A DNA stretch of 64,000 nucleotides from Octopus sinensis (taxonomy: Eukaryota): assembly GCF_006345805.1 (NCBI RefSeq), contig NC_043009.1:66774001-66838000 (forward strand). The letters run 5' to 3'. Each line of letters begins with the position of its first letter. Position 1 is the stretch's first letter. The notes beneath the pieces were generated by a model that had not been told where the DNA came from, did not search any database, and saw only the letters and a program-made list of their open reading frames with translations. This document shows positions 49,215 through 62,510 of this stretch, piece after piece. Position numbers and translations under genes: made by a program.

Positions 49215-49971
49215 CACAGCTAGTAAAATACTTTTTGTTGTTATTTCTTTCCCAAGTGTTTAGTGTTGCAATTCGAACTGAAATGAAAGAGTTCAATTTT
49301 AAATAAACTTCTGGGGAAAATATGGCCATGACGAGTGTGCTATGGAGAAGCTTGGTGGAGGAATTTGCATTCTATTCAGAATATGGCTGCATATTTCACA
49401 TGCTGTTCGTCTGGAACTACTTGTTAAAAACACACGTTATGAGGTTATATAACTAATATAATTTCCTTGAGTTATGGAAATATATCGTTAGTTACATAAG
49501 GTAGACTATCAAATGCTGTAAAATGTATAAGCTGTAAAGGTCATGCTGTGAAATGTAGGCGGGATAAAGATAATTTTGTAATATTTCACTCCTATATTTT
49601 ACATTATTACATTTTTACATCCTACTTTTCACAATATTATATTTTCACCACATATATTTGATACTGCATTACACAGCATACATTCCATATTATGTTTTCA
49701 CCTCATCATTTTAATAATATTAAATTTCAACATACCTTTTACAATACCATATTATATATATGAAACCTAATATATTTTATTATCATACTCATCTCATACA
49801 TTTTACAACATTACATTTCTGCTTCTTACGTTTTTACATTCATATTGCTTTTCTGTCACAAGTATTTCATACTATTAACACTCTGTATCATATATTTTAC
49901 CAAATTACCAGTATCGGCAAAGACAATTAATAAGAGCTGTTCAATAAGGCCGAACCAGAATTTTCTTGATT

Positions 49972-50384
49972 GTGGCTGTGTGGTAAGTAGCTTGCTTACC
50001 AACCACATGGTTCCGGGTTCAGTCCCACTGTGTGGCATCTTGGGCAAGTGTCTTCTGCTGTAGCCCCGGGTCGACCAATGCCTTGTGAGTGGATTTGGTA
50101 GACGGAAACTGAAAGAAGCCTGTCGTATATATGTATAAATATATATATATGTGTGTGTGTGTGAGAGTGTGTGTTTGTGTGTGTGTGTTTGTCCCCCTTG
50201 ACAACCGATGCTGGTGTGTTTACGTCCCCGTCACTTGGCGGTTCGGCAAAAGAGACCGATAGAATAAGTACTGGGCTTACAAAGAATAAGTCTCAGGGTC
50301 GATTTGCTCGACTAAAGGCGGTGCTCCAGCATGGCCGCAGTCAAATGACTGAAACAAGTAAAAGAGTAAAAGAGAGTAAAGAGT
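49972..50384 (+). mobile_element. Family A SINE, full length
   Basis: Near-consensus copy of 26998-27410. Confidence 0.95.
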
Positions 50385-50649
50385 AATATGTTTTAATTCA
50401 TTATTAATTTTACCACTAATTATTTACCTGGGTTTTCAGACCTTTTCCCTTCTACATAAGCTATTTTTGATTTAAGGTTTTCTTCGATTTTTATAATAAT
50501 ATGATTTTAAACCGCAATTTGTAATTTCATGCAACCGGTTATTGAAAAGACCGTTACTTGAAAGGACCAATGAAACAAAACCATTTTCAAATGTGTATCA
50601 AAGTAATTGTATTTCTGCATATAACTCTATCTTGCTCTCCATTCTAAAC

Positions 50650-50698
50650 AAAACTGTCCGACGAGCGACAACGTGAAACTCTGACTAACGGTTTTTTT
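50650..50698 (+). ncRNA. Degenerate type I hammerhead motif (same family as 226-272)
   Basis: AAAACTGT-CCGACGA-GCG-ACAA-CGT-GAAAC-TCTGA-CTA-ACGGTTTT; stem III has a C.C mismatch. AATAAA downstream. Confidence 0.65.
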
Positions 50699-50734
50699 GT
50701 TATATTTTGCTACTTTTTAATAAAATATATACAT

Positions 50735-50770
<36 letters not shown>

Positions 50771-51009
50771 CAAGCATGTATGTATAGATATATATATATA
50801 TCAAACATATATATATATATACTTGATAGAAAAAATATACATTATTTATATTAGCAATTAAGGACAACTACTTAATAAGGAAAACTTAACAAGAAATTGT
50901 CAGGTAATGCCCTCTATATATAAATCATTATTTATATTACATACTTATATGGATAGATAGATAGATAGATAAGATTTTTATTAGTTATTTTTTATTTGCT
51001 TCTAACATT

Positions 51010-51368
51010 AAACAGCAGCCATGCTGGGACATTGCCTTGAAGAATTTTTAGTCAAATGAATTGACCCCAGTTCTTTTCTCAAGTCCAGTACATATTCTAT
51101 CGATTTTTCCTTTTTGCCGAAATACTAATTAACGGAATGTAAACACACCTACACCGGTTGCCAAACGCTATTGGAGGACAAACACACATGTTTTTATATA
51201 TATATATACACACATGTTTATATATATATATATATATATATACCACGAGCTTCTTTCAGTTTCCCTCCAATAGTAGAAAACACTTGCCAAAGGAGTCACA
51301 CAATCGGACTGAACTCTGGATCTTATGGTTGAGAAGCAAGCTTCTTCTTACCACACAGCCAGCCTGCC
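51010..51368 (-). mobile_element. Family A SINE, degenerate with internal deletion
   Basis: GCAGCCATGCTGGGAC...CTTCTTTCAGTTTCC...CTTACCACACAGCC. Confidence 0.8.
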
Positions 51369-51466
51369 CTATATATATATATATATACATACATATATAT
51401 AATATATTATATATCTATAATATATATATATATGTATATATATAGTTGTATAATATATATATATAT

Positions 51467-51518
<52 letters not shown>

Positions 51519-51721
51519 TATATATATATATATTTATATACTACAAAATTAGAGAATGGAGAAACATACTTAAATCAATAAAACATCAACTATCAGATAT
51601 ACCTAATCATACTTTAATACACCATTATATCAGTAAAGGCATTATACAAAATATACAGTAAGAGTAATAGACAAAGAGATATAAGTAAAAAAAAAATTTC
51701 AAATATAATATGTAATTAATC

Positions 51722-51839
51722 AAATCTGACAGCTGTTTTCGGCAGAGTGCGGGCATTCATACCTCATTTAACCTATAAGCCATAAAGGCAGGTATAAATG
51801 AGGCATTACAATGATGCCCCACGGCCTCTTCAGAGAATT
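51722..51839 (-). ncRNA. Type I hammerhead ribozyme with 86-nt extended stem II (one extra A in GAAA)
   Basis: Minus strand AATTCT-CTGAAGA-GGC...GCC-GAAAAC-AGCT-GTC-AGATTT; palindromic stem III ACAGCUGU; predicted cut 51728/51727. Confidence 0.8.
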
Positions 51840-52505
51840 AAATTAATTTGTTATAATTGTGAAAAATATTATTTAACCATATACATATAAATATAAAAAT
51901 AAAAATATAAAATTGTAAAATATAAACTTATACATCATAATGCTACACTTATATAATATAATACTCATTGGTACAATAATGGAAGTTAACAGAACAAAAT
52001 AAAACAAATTATATCAGTGTATATATTAATATTAATAAGCACCGATATATACATATTTGGCTAATATTTTTTTTTAAAAAAAACTAACACATAGGGAGAT
52101 GAAAAATAATAATTAAAATAATTAAAACCATGGTTCATTCAATAATTATAAAGCTATAAAAGTTAATAAAAATTACTATTATATTAATAATAATAATAAT
52201 AATAATAATATAATAATAATAATAATTAATAATAATATAATAATAATAATATAATATAATAATATAATAATAATATAATAGATACGTTATGTTTGCACCA
52301 AGTCCATCCTTTCAAGATCGAAATAACTATATATATATATAAATATATTATAATATAATAATAATATATACATATACTATACATATATATACATATATAT
52401 AGCATACATATATATAGCAACATAATATATATACTACTATATATATATATATGTATATATAGCATACATATATATATATATATAATATACTATATATATC
52501 ATATA

Positions 52506-52570
<65 letters not shown>

Positions 52571-52869
52571 ATATATATATATTAATATCATATATATGTA
52601 TGTATATATAACACACACACGTGTTCATGGGCTTGTTGGTTTTGCCTGTGTTTGCATTCGAATAGATTTGATCTTTATGTTGTAGATTGAACGTTTCACT
52701 CTCTTATATTTCGGTGCAAATAGCTTAAAGAGATTAGAAGAGAATTAAAAGAGCTTCTCCAGTGTAACTCTTTGCTTTCCCCTACAATATATATTTGCCA
52801 GCTGAAATAATGCATGCTATCATATTAAATGCACTTTAAGTGAGCATACGTTGGGATAAATGCACGGCT

Positions 52870-52916
52870 GTTGTTACTATTACCATTGTCATTATTATTA
52901 TTACTATTATTATTAC

Positions 52917-52974
<58 letters not shown>

Positions 52975-53030
52975 CATTATTATTATTATTATTATTATCA
53001 TTATTGTTGTTGTTGCTGTTGTTGTTGTTG

Positions 53031-53084
<54 letters not shown>

Positions 53085-53098
53085 CATTATTGTTGTTG

Positions 53099-53150
<52 letters not shown>

Positions 53151-53182
53151 CATTATTGTTGTTGTTGCTGTTGTTGCTGTTG

Positions 53183-53226
<44 letters not shown>

Positions 53227-53254
53227 ATTATTGTTGTTGTTGCTGTTGTTGTTG

Positions 53255-53288
<34 letters not shown>

Positions 53289-53350
53289 TATATTATTGTT
53301 GTTGTTGTTACTGTTGTTGTTATCATTATCATTATCATTATTATTATTAC

Positions 53351-53390
<40 letters not shown>

Positions 53391-53433
53391 GGTGTTGTTG
53401 GTAATGGTGTTCTTGTTGTTGTTCTTGTTGTTG

Positions 53434-53477
<44 letters not shown>

Positions 53478-53512
53478 TATTATTATTATTATTATTATTG
53501 TTCTTGTTGTTG

Positions 53513-53548
<36 letters not shown>

Positions 53549-53565
53549 TATTGTTCTTGTTGTTG

Positions 53566-53600
<35 letters not shown>
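52870..53600. repeat. (ATT)n/(GTT)n compound trinucleotide array
   Basis: Direct reading; it generates the poly-I/L/Y pseudo-ORFs. Confidence 0.95.
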
Positions 53601-53864
53601 TCTTTTGGTTTTTTTACATGGTTCTTTCATCCTAAATTCCAATAAATGCTACTTTTGTTATTTGATCGTTCGATGTAGGTCAATAACACCTTTCATGTCG
53701 ATTGAAATGCAAGCATGCATGAGGATGTGTGTGTGTGTGTGTGTGTGTGTCAGTAAGAGTATCTGTAAATGTGTATGAAATACCTGTCTATGTATGAATG
53801 CATCAAACTTCTTTTTTTTTATAACAATACACATACACGCACACACCCGCAATACGTGTATGTT

Positions 53865-53895
<31 letters not shown>

Positions 53896-54688
53896 GTAAA
53901 TGTTGATGCATGCTTATGCACGTGTGTGTTGTTTGTATGTTTATGTTCTATGTATTCCTGTGCAAATATTGAAGGAAAGTGAATGAAAGCGATGAAGAAT
54001 ACAGAACCCAAAGATATGAAGATGTATACACAAACACACACACACAAATATATATATATATATATATACATATATATTCATATATATATATATATATATC
54101 TAATATATAATATACATATACATATATATATATGCATACATATATATAACATATATATATATACATAAATATATACGTATACATATATAATATATATATA
54201 TATATATATCTAGTAAGCCCTTCAACCTTTAAGAGTTAAATAGCTACAGCCTCTTGTGAATAGCAGTAATGTGATTAATATGGCAACACCTAATCATATA
54301 CAAGGATTGGTACCTACCTCATTGTGTTCAACCATTGTAAATTTATCGCCGTGAATATGAAATTCATCTCCATTTCTCTGGAAATTTACATCTACACCAT
54401 TGGAATCTGTGCATATATACAAAGGATTAATTCACCTCTCTGTAATGCTAATAACAATGGATAATTTGTCTTCTGTGAGTATATAATCCCTCATCATATC
54501 TATGGAAATTCATATGGATTAGGTCACCTTCTCTGTGATGCTATCAAAACTTTTTTAAATTCTGTGATAAGACTATACATCATCTTTAAAGAACTTTAAT
54601 GAACTTTAGAAATCTGTTTAATTATCTACATTACTTCATGAGTATAGCTCAAACACTCAAACTAGAGAGATGTCTAGAGAACTTACAT

Positions 54689-54784
54689 GTATTTTAGCTG
54701 ATGAGTACGGGACTCGTTTATATGCTGTAATCTTTGCAACTTTTAATAAAACCTGTCCTTGTATGAAACGATCGTACTAAAAAC
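54689..54784 (+). ncRNA. Type I hammerhead ribozyme, fully canonical core, extended stem II
   Basis: GTATTTTAG-CTGATGA-GTACGGGAC...GTCCTTGTAT-GAAAC-GATC-GTA-CTAAAAAC. 8-bp stem I with one bulge, palindromic stem III ACGAUCGU; predicted cut after 54776. Confidence 0.88.
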
Positions 54785-54809
54785 CTATCCATTCTTGTTG
54801 CTTCTTTCT

Positions 54810-54901
<92 letters not shown>

Positions 54902-54918
54902 GATACATATATATAGTT

Positions 54919-54958
<40 letters not shown>

Positions 54959-54992
54959 TATATTAATATCTATATGTATCTATATATATGTA

Positions 54993-55037
<45 letters not shown>

Positions 55038-55420
55038 GCACAAACGCACACACATTCATATACTATACAAGTAAGAAAACAAAGAATGAATTTAGTGCTT
55101 ACACACACGCACACACACACGTGCGCGCACAAATATATATACGTACATATGTTCTTACGAAAATGTGTGTGTGTGAGTGTGTGTGCGTGTGCGCGAATAC
55201 CTGCGAGTGAGTGTGTGTGTGCATACAAATGTAAACGTACTCCAAACGTACTGGAATTATTTATTCGAAAGTCGTAGATTATCTCGTCCGTAACTTCTCG
55301 TGTTTTCTCGTTTCCGCTGTCATTCAAGCAACAGGAATTGACTGAGGAAGATATGATGTGGGTAAACACCGACTGTATTCGTTTCCATTCGATAAAAGCG
55401 CCCAAGGGAGAAAAAAAAAA

Positions 55421-55480
55421 TGGCGGTGCCCCAGCATGGCCACAGCTCATTAGCTGAAACTGGAAAAATCAAAATCAAAA
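55421..55480 (+). mobile_element. SINE 3' tail fragment
   Basis: TGGCGGTGCCCCAGCATGGCCACAGCTCATTAGCTGAAACTGG followed by (AAAATC)n. Confidence 0.7.
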
Positions 55481-55652
55481 TCAAAGTAAGAGATTCCAGT
55501 GGCAGCACTTGATGGTAGAATATTCTGTATGTCAAAGCCTGGCATTGGCAAATATCTTCGAGAAGCGAATTGCATGACACATGGTTCAAAAGGCAGACTA
55601 CACAGCTAAAAAGTTCAAGGTCATTTTTCGTTAGGCTTGCCATTCGGAACGA

Positions 55653-55828
55653 CCCGCAGGCCGCAGGTGGCCCGTAGCCCGCAGGTGGCCCGTAGCCCGC
55701 AGGTAACCCGCAGGTGGCCCGCAGCCCGCAAGTGGACCGCAGCCCGCAGGTGGACCGCAGCCCGCAGGTGGACCGCAGTCCGCAGGTAGACCGCAGGTGG
55801 CCAGCAGGCCGCATGTGACCCGCTGGCC
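55653..55828. repeat. GC-rich 18-bp minisatellite
   Basis: CCCGCAGGTGG(C/A)CCG(T/C)AG repeated about 8 times, with shorter variants. Confidence 0.9.
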
Positions 55829-56295
55829 CTAGTACGCCATGATTAATCTAAACCCTTTAATTGATGGAAATTACACGTAAAATATAAGAAGAGTAAGCGA
55901 ATGATCTCTTATAAGGTAAACCATCCCATTTGGATCTTGAAAGACTTGACTACAATAAAAATTAGAGACTCAAAAAGATAAAATGTCGCAATTTGTTTTT
56001 TTTTTTTTGTTAGTTTTATGGCTATCAAAACATGACATTTTTCGGATAAATTTAGAGTGCCTTTCTAATTTCTTGATTATAACTACCACCACCGCCACCT
56101 CTTACTATTATAATACTATTATAATACCCTTACTATTATAACAACTATCCTTTCCATCGCTGCCATCCTCACCGATTCTGCAATCCCCAACCGCCTCCCT
56201 ACTTTCACTTCCACCTTAAGGGTGCCACCCTGATGATCACTGCGCCAACCCATCAGCACCACCACTACAACCATCTCAGCAAGACCACTTCACCA

Positions 56296-56630
56296 TTAAA
56301 AAGAATTGACACTCCGTTGATTACGAAGACGAGGGTTCCAGATGATCCGATCAATGGAACAGCCTGCTCGTGAAATTAACGTGCAAGTGGCTGAGTACTC
56401 CACAGACACGCGTGTCCTGAACGTAGTCCTCAAGGAGCTTCAGCGTGACAGGGAATGTTACGAGGCTGGCCCCTTTGTAATTACTGGTACAACTCGTTTG
56501 TGCCAGCCGAGTGGACTGAGGCAACGAGAAATAAAATGTCTTGGCTCAAGGACACAATGCGCCGCCGGGAATCGAACTCACGACCTTTCGATTGTGAGCC
56601 GAATACCGTAACCACTAAGCCACGCGACTT
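56296..56630 (-). mobile_element. Family D tRNA-derived SINE (tail type X)
   Basis: Minus strand GTCGCGTGGCTTAGTGGTTACGGTATTCGGCTCACAATCGAAAGGTCGTGAGTTCGATTCCCGG...TGTGTCCTTGAGCCAAGACA; 3' part matches about 35440-35610. Confidence 0.85.
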
Positions 56631-57061
56631 CACTTCCCCTTTACCACTGCAACCAACCGCCGCCACTACAACCACAGCCACAACCATTACTTCCATCACT
56701 ACTACAAGTGATACTACCGCCTGTACTAGCACCCCACCCATCTCTACCACCACTGTCACTACCACTGTTACTACCACCGCCACCACCGTAACCCTCATCA
56801 ATACTACTACGACCACTACCACAGCCATTTATACCACTGTAACCATTACCACCATCACCATTCCTTACAAAAACCAAAAACTGTTGAGCGTTAGTGGGAG
56901 GCGATGGATCAAGTTGCTTTCATGTTAATCGAAGGTCTTTAAAAAAAACAACAAAAACTCGTAATGAATAGGTAGGTAATTAAATCAAATTGACAATTAT
57001 AATTAAGATTATAAGCTTAACTGCAACACTTACTTCCTCGTGTAACAGAGAGAGAGGAGAG

Positions 57062-57110
<49 letters not shown>

Positions 57111-57199
57111 GGGGGGGGAGAAAGAGATTCATGGAAGATAAGTAGGTAGGTAGGTTGGTTGGTTGGTTGGCTGGTTGGTTGGTAGGCTATTTGGTAGGC

Positions 57200-57204
57200 A
57201 GGTC

Positions 57205-57253
<49 letters not shown>

Positions 57254-57275
57254 GTAGACAGACAGACAGACAGAC

Positions 57276-57330
<55 letters not shown>

Positions 57331-57363
57331 CAAACTGACAGACAGACGGACAGACAGACAGAC

Positions 57364-57413
<50 letters not shown>

Positions 57414-57470
57414 TAGATAGATAGATACACATACAGACAGACAGACAGACGGACAGACAGACAGACAGAC

Positions 57471-57551
<81 letters not shown>

Positions 57552-57570
57552 CACATACAGACAGACAGAC
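57200..57570. repeat. (AGAT)n/(AGAC)n array
   Basis: Direct reading. Confidence 0.95.
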
Positions 57571-57599
57571 ATTCGTTAGAATATAATGTCTGTCTATCT

Positions 57600-58150
57600 T
57601 CTGCACCCACTATTCCTGGCGCACCTCGTCCACAGGGTCCTATCAGAATCAACCGTCCATTAGCTTTCTCCAATGGATTCTCAATCGTTACCAACTGAGA
57701 CGCTGCATATCATCCAGCCATTTCGTCCTTGATCTACGTACAGCCACCTGCCGGCTGGTTCAGCTTGAAGAATATGTCTTGCGGTTAAGGCGGCGAGCTG
57801 GCAGAAACGTTAGCACGCCGGACGAAATGCTTAGCAGTGTTTCGTCTGTCTTTACGTTCTGAGTTCAAATTTCGCCGAGGTCGACTTTGCTTTTCATCTT
57901 TTCGGAGTCGATAAATTAAGTACCAGTTGCGTACTGGAGTCGACTGGCACCCTCCCCCAAAATTTCGGGCCTTGGGCCTAGAGTAGAAAAGAATGTGTCT
58001 TGCGATTCTTTCCTGTCGCCTTCTGATCCCATTCTAGAGTTGTGACTTCTCAAGGTGACAGCTTTAGAATCTATGCGTTCCTTGACACTGATGAACATCT
58101 CCAGCTCATCGGGTGCGCAGAGAATCTGATTTGTTAAATGTCTGGAAATA
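57600..58150 (-). mobile_element. RTE-clade LINE 3' fragment interrupted by a SINE
   Basis: After removing the SINE the minus strand reads [37 protein letters not shown] across frameshifts, typical of the RTE ORF end. Confidence 0.6.
57784..57988 (+). mobile_element. Family B SINE with target-site duplication
   Basis: 16-bp TSD AAGAATATGTCTTGCG (57768-57783) and AAGAATGTGTCTTGCG (57989-58004). Confidence 0.95.
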
Positions 58151-58259
58151 TTCTTAGTTGATATCCCACACAATAGTATTTGCGAGAGAATGGAATGGCA
58201 TCGTAGACGCGCGCCGAGTGGAAGCAGAAAACAAGAGGAAAAAGTCTGGAAATATTCTT

Positions 58260-58625
58260 GCTGGAGTGGCTTTGTGGATAGGAAGTTTAATTCGCAACCA
58301 TATGATCGCAGGTTCAGTGCCACTACATGGTACTATAGACCCAGGCCGACCAAATCCAAATCCTTGTGAGTGGATTTAGTGGGCGGAAACTGAAAGAAGC
58401 TCATTAAGTGTATGTTTGTGTTTGTGTATGTCCCCCACCACTTGACAACCGGTGTTGGTTTGTTGACGTCCGCGTGAGCTATCGGTTTGACAAAACGGTC
58501 CGGTGGAATAAGTATCAGTCTATAAAAACAAATGAATATTGGGTTCGATTTATTCGACTAACCCCCCCCCCCAAGCGGTGCTCCAGCATGGCTACAGTCC
58601 AATGACTAAACCAAATGAAGGATAA
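58260..58625 (+). mobile_element. Family A SINE, degenerate
   Basis: GGAGTGGCTTTGTGG...CTTGTGAGTGGATTTAGT...GGAAACTGAAAGAAGC...GCGGTGCTCCAGCATGGCTACAGTCCAATGAC. Confidence 0.8.
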
Positions 58626-58854
58626 AACAAAAGACGATACTAAAAAGGACATATCTGTTCGGACATTGAATGGGAAAGCAATGGATTTATGCCAAGATCA
58701 ACCGTGATCGTGAGCATCGTTAATCAAAACGTTCCAGGCATGACCATCTCATCTTATTCTCAAATAACATGGCAGTAGGCCAACCATTTTAGTTGGGGTG
58801 GGTGGAGATTGCATTGATCCTAGACCTCTTAACTGGTGATTGCTTTAATGGACC

Positions 58855-58972
58855 TCTAAAGGATGACAGGCAAAGTCGACCTCGGCAGAATTTAAACTCA
58901 GGACGTAAAGTCGAAAGAAATACGGCAAAGCATCTTGTCCGGCGTGCCAACGATTCTGCCAGGTCGTTGCCT
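58855..58972 (-). mobile_element. Family B SINE, 5' part
   Basis: GGCAAAGTCGACCTCGGCAGAATTTAAACTCAG...CCAACGATTCTGCCAGGTCGTTGCCTT. Confidence 0.8.
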
Positions 58973-59084
58973 TATTTTCGGTTAAGGTGGGAGGGAACAG
59001 TTTGTGGCGGTTTGGACTGCTATTTCTAGCTATCCTGTAAAGGAATTGTTAACTTGTCATTTGTCAAGTGAACAGTAACGGCGG

Positions 59085-59470
59085 CAATGGCGGCGGCGGC
59101 GGCAGGGGTGGCAGCAGTGGCGATGGTAACAGTGGCGACAGGAATGGTGGTGGTGGTGGTGGTGGTGGTGGTGGTGGTAATGGTGATAGATGAGGGCGGT
59201 GGTGTGGTAATTACGGTGATGGTAACAGTGGCGACAGGAACGGTGGTGGTGGCGGCGCTTGCGCAGTGATGTTAGTGGCAATGATGGTGGTGGTGGTAAT
59301 GGTGGTAATGGTGGTGGTGGTGGTGGTGGTGGTGGTGGTAATGGTGGTAATGGTGGTGGTGGTGGTGGTGGTGGTGGCGGTGGTGGTGGTGGTAATGGTG
59401 GTGGTGGTAATGGTGGTAATGGTGGTGGTGGTGGTGGTGGTGGCGGTGGTGGTGGTGGTGGGAGCAATGG
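59085..59470. repeat. (GGT)n/(GGC)n low-complexity array
   Basis: Direct reading; a similar tract lies at about 60950-61300. Confidence 0.95.
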
Positions 59471-60028
59471 TAATCCTAATGGTATGGCAGTGACCGAGCT
59501 ACATACAGGACGTGATAACAAGAATATTGGGAATAATAGCAGGGGTAGTAATGGGAGGAGGAAAAAGGAGGAGTAGGAGGAGGAGCATGAAGATGATGAT
59601 AATGATGATGATGATGATGATGACGATGGGGAAGATTTTTCTGGATTTTCATGAATTATGAAAAATAAACTATAAAATATCTATGCTATGTGTTCACCAC
59701 TGCAAACAATGCTCGCACACACACACACACACGCGTGTACACGCATGCATTCACACACACACGCACACACACACACACACACATATGCACGCGTACAAAC
59801 TCACACAGAGACATTAACACAGGTGTGTATCTAACACACTCCAATCCATGTACACACATATATACACACGTGAAAGCGATATATGCATAATCATAAATTA
59901 CCCGTATAGCTTGTGCTAAACATACATAAAAACGTACACACACACACACACACAGAGAGGAACTTACATACAAAGCTTCACACAGTTATACACTCGTCCT
60001 TATAACACACACTATACGTTATACACCC

Positions 60029-60079
<51 letters not shown>

Positions 60080-60276
60080 ATATGCACATATAAACGCATA
60101 CATACACACACACAAATATAGTGTGTATATTACACACATAAACCCCTATACAAACCAACACAAAACACACGTATTCAAAATATACACCCACACATTTTAA
60201 GTTAAACACACACGCGTGTACACACAGGGTATACACCCACCGAACACACGCGCTCAACATATAAACACACTGTGCT

Positions 60277-60321
<45 letters not shown>

Positions 60322-60484
60322 TATATATATATATATATATATATTACACACACATTTTAAACTACACATCCGCGCATATACGCATTCCATGCATCCGCAT
60401 ATACACACCTGACAGACGTATACACACATTACACACACGTGCATATACACCATTGCACACACGTTTCCATAAACCCACTCTGCT

Positions 60485-60527
<43 letters not shown>

Positions 60528-60757
60528 ACATATACATACACTACAGACACCCCGCCCATACACACACACACACATATATACACACACACACACTATACAC
60601 ACATCAAAGATTAAAAACGGCTCACTTCAAACCCCTTGTATGTTTATATTTTCAATGTAACAGTTGACTTTTCGCTCCATAAATTAAAAATCTCTCACTA
60701 AAAAAACCACAGAAAAACAACAACAAATAAAACTATTTTCTAACAATTTTAATTAGC

Positions 60758-60844
<87 letters not shown>

Positions 60845-61111
60845 AATAAAACTTGAGGGACCTCGTTTATGTAGTGATTTAGTTAATGTGTGCCAATGGT
60901 GTCGGGGCTGCTGTTGTTTTTGTGGGGTGGATGGCGGCGGCGATGTTAGAGTGGTGGTGGTGGTTTTGATGGTGGCGGTGGTGGTTGTGATGGTGGTGGT
61001 GGTGGTGGTGGTGGTGGTGGCTTTTGTGTTTGGGGTGGTAGCAATGGCTATAGTGAAGGTGATGGTGGTGGTGGTTGTGGCTGTTGATGTGGTGGGGGGG
61101 AGTACTTATTG

Positions 61112-61143
<32 letters not shown>

Positions 61144-62275
61144 GGTGGCGGTGGTGGTGGTGGTGGTGGTGGTGGTGGTGGTGATGGTGGATGTTGTTTG
61201 GGGTGGTAGCAATGGCTATAGTGAAGGTGATGGTGGTGGTTGTGGCTGTTGATGTGGGGGGGAGTCGCTGTCGATGGTGGTGGTGGTGATGGTGGCTTTT
61301 GTTGTTGTTGTTGTTGTGATAGCGATTGGGATTCGTAGCTGTGGTTGTTGTTGTCTTTATTCCTGTTGCTCTTGTTCGTGTTGTTGTTTGTTATCGATGT
61401 TTGTGTGGTTGTTGTTATTGTCGCCGTTGTATATGTTGTTGTTGTTATTATTATTTCTTTTTATTATTATTGTCGTTATTGACATTTCTGTTTGTTGTTG
61501 TTGTTGTTGTTGCGGTGGCGATAGCGGGGGTGGCTGCTGCTGTTGTCGTTGTTGTTCTTGTTGCAGCTAACTTTATTTTGCTTTAGTTTCCAATTTCTTT
61601 CTTTCTTTTTTCTGTTTTTTTTTTTTTTTGTTTTCGTTTTCTATTCTTTCATAAACTATTCCAAAAAATTATCTTTTGTGTATTCACCCGAGATTAAATA
61701 ATGAAGAACTTTCAGGAAAAATGTTTTTCTTTGTTATATACGTGTCTTTGCTTTGATTTTTAATTTTTTTTATTTTTAATTTTTAATTGCCAGTTTTTTT
61801 TTTGTTTTTTCTCCACTTTTTGTAGGGGTTATGTGTGTAGGTGGGGTATGTATGTACGGGGGGAGGGAGTTCGCTGCTTTTATTCTACATGGAGTTTAAA
61901 ATTATTTAGCTTGTTAAAGTTATGGCGGTGATAGTCTTATGTGTTTTTCCTGGGTGTTTTAATATGTTTTTTATCTTCTGCTCACTCAGGCAGTGTACTG
62001 TTTTAGGAAGCTTTTGAGAGAAAGAAAAATATATGTTACCTGATAGATTTACAGGCAAATCATGATAATTAAGGCCTGGGAGAAGCGGTTGAGCGACTCG
62101 GAATTACGTCCGTTTATACTCGGAGTTCAAACTAAGCGAAACCGAATTGAGAACGCCGGGTTTTCGTAGATTTTGCGTGAATGAATGATCAGAAAGCTGG
62201 GTCTCAGTTGTCGCAAAATACTTGTGAAGTTCATAAAATCATAGCCTCTCAAAGTAGGCGCTACCGCCCGAGGGC

Positions 62276-62377
62276 GCACACTCTCTTACCCTGATGTAAT
62301 CTCCAGGGATACAGGCATCCAGCAACAGGACCTCCGTAATACCATGATGGACCGTGAAGTCTGGCGTAGCATGATGA
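62276..62377 (+). mobile_element. RTE LINE extreme 3' fragment
   Basis: Encodes TLSYPDVISRDTGIQQQDLRNTMMDREVWRSM, followed by an ATGATGA tail. Confidence 0.7.
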
Positions 62378-62510
62378 GGCGTTCAGAGGATCCAAGTGGG
62401 CGCTGGTGCCTAAGGGGGCACTGGAGAAATAGGGGGCGTTGGGAGGAAAGCAGTGAATTGGGGGGACGTTATGAATTTATTATGATATCATTATAGTACA
62501 AACTATATAA

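Noticed and set aside
52675-52775. Minus-strand CTGGAGA...GAAACGTTCAATC
   Set aside because: Mismatches in the core, stem I and stem III together; too degenerate to count.
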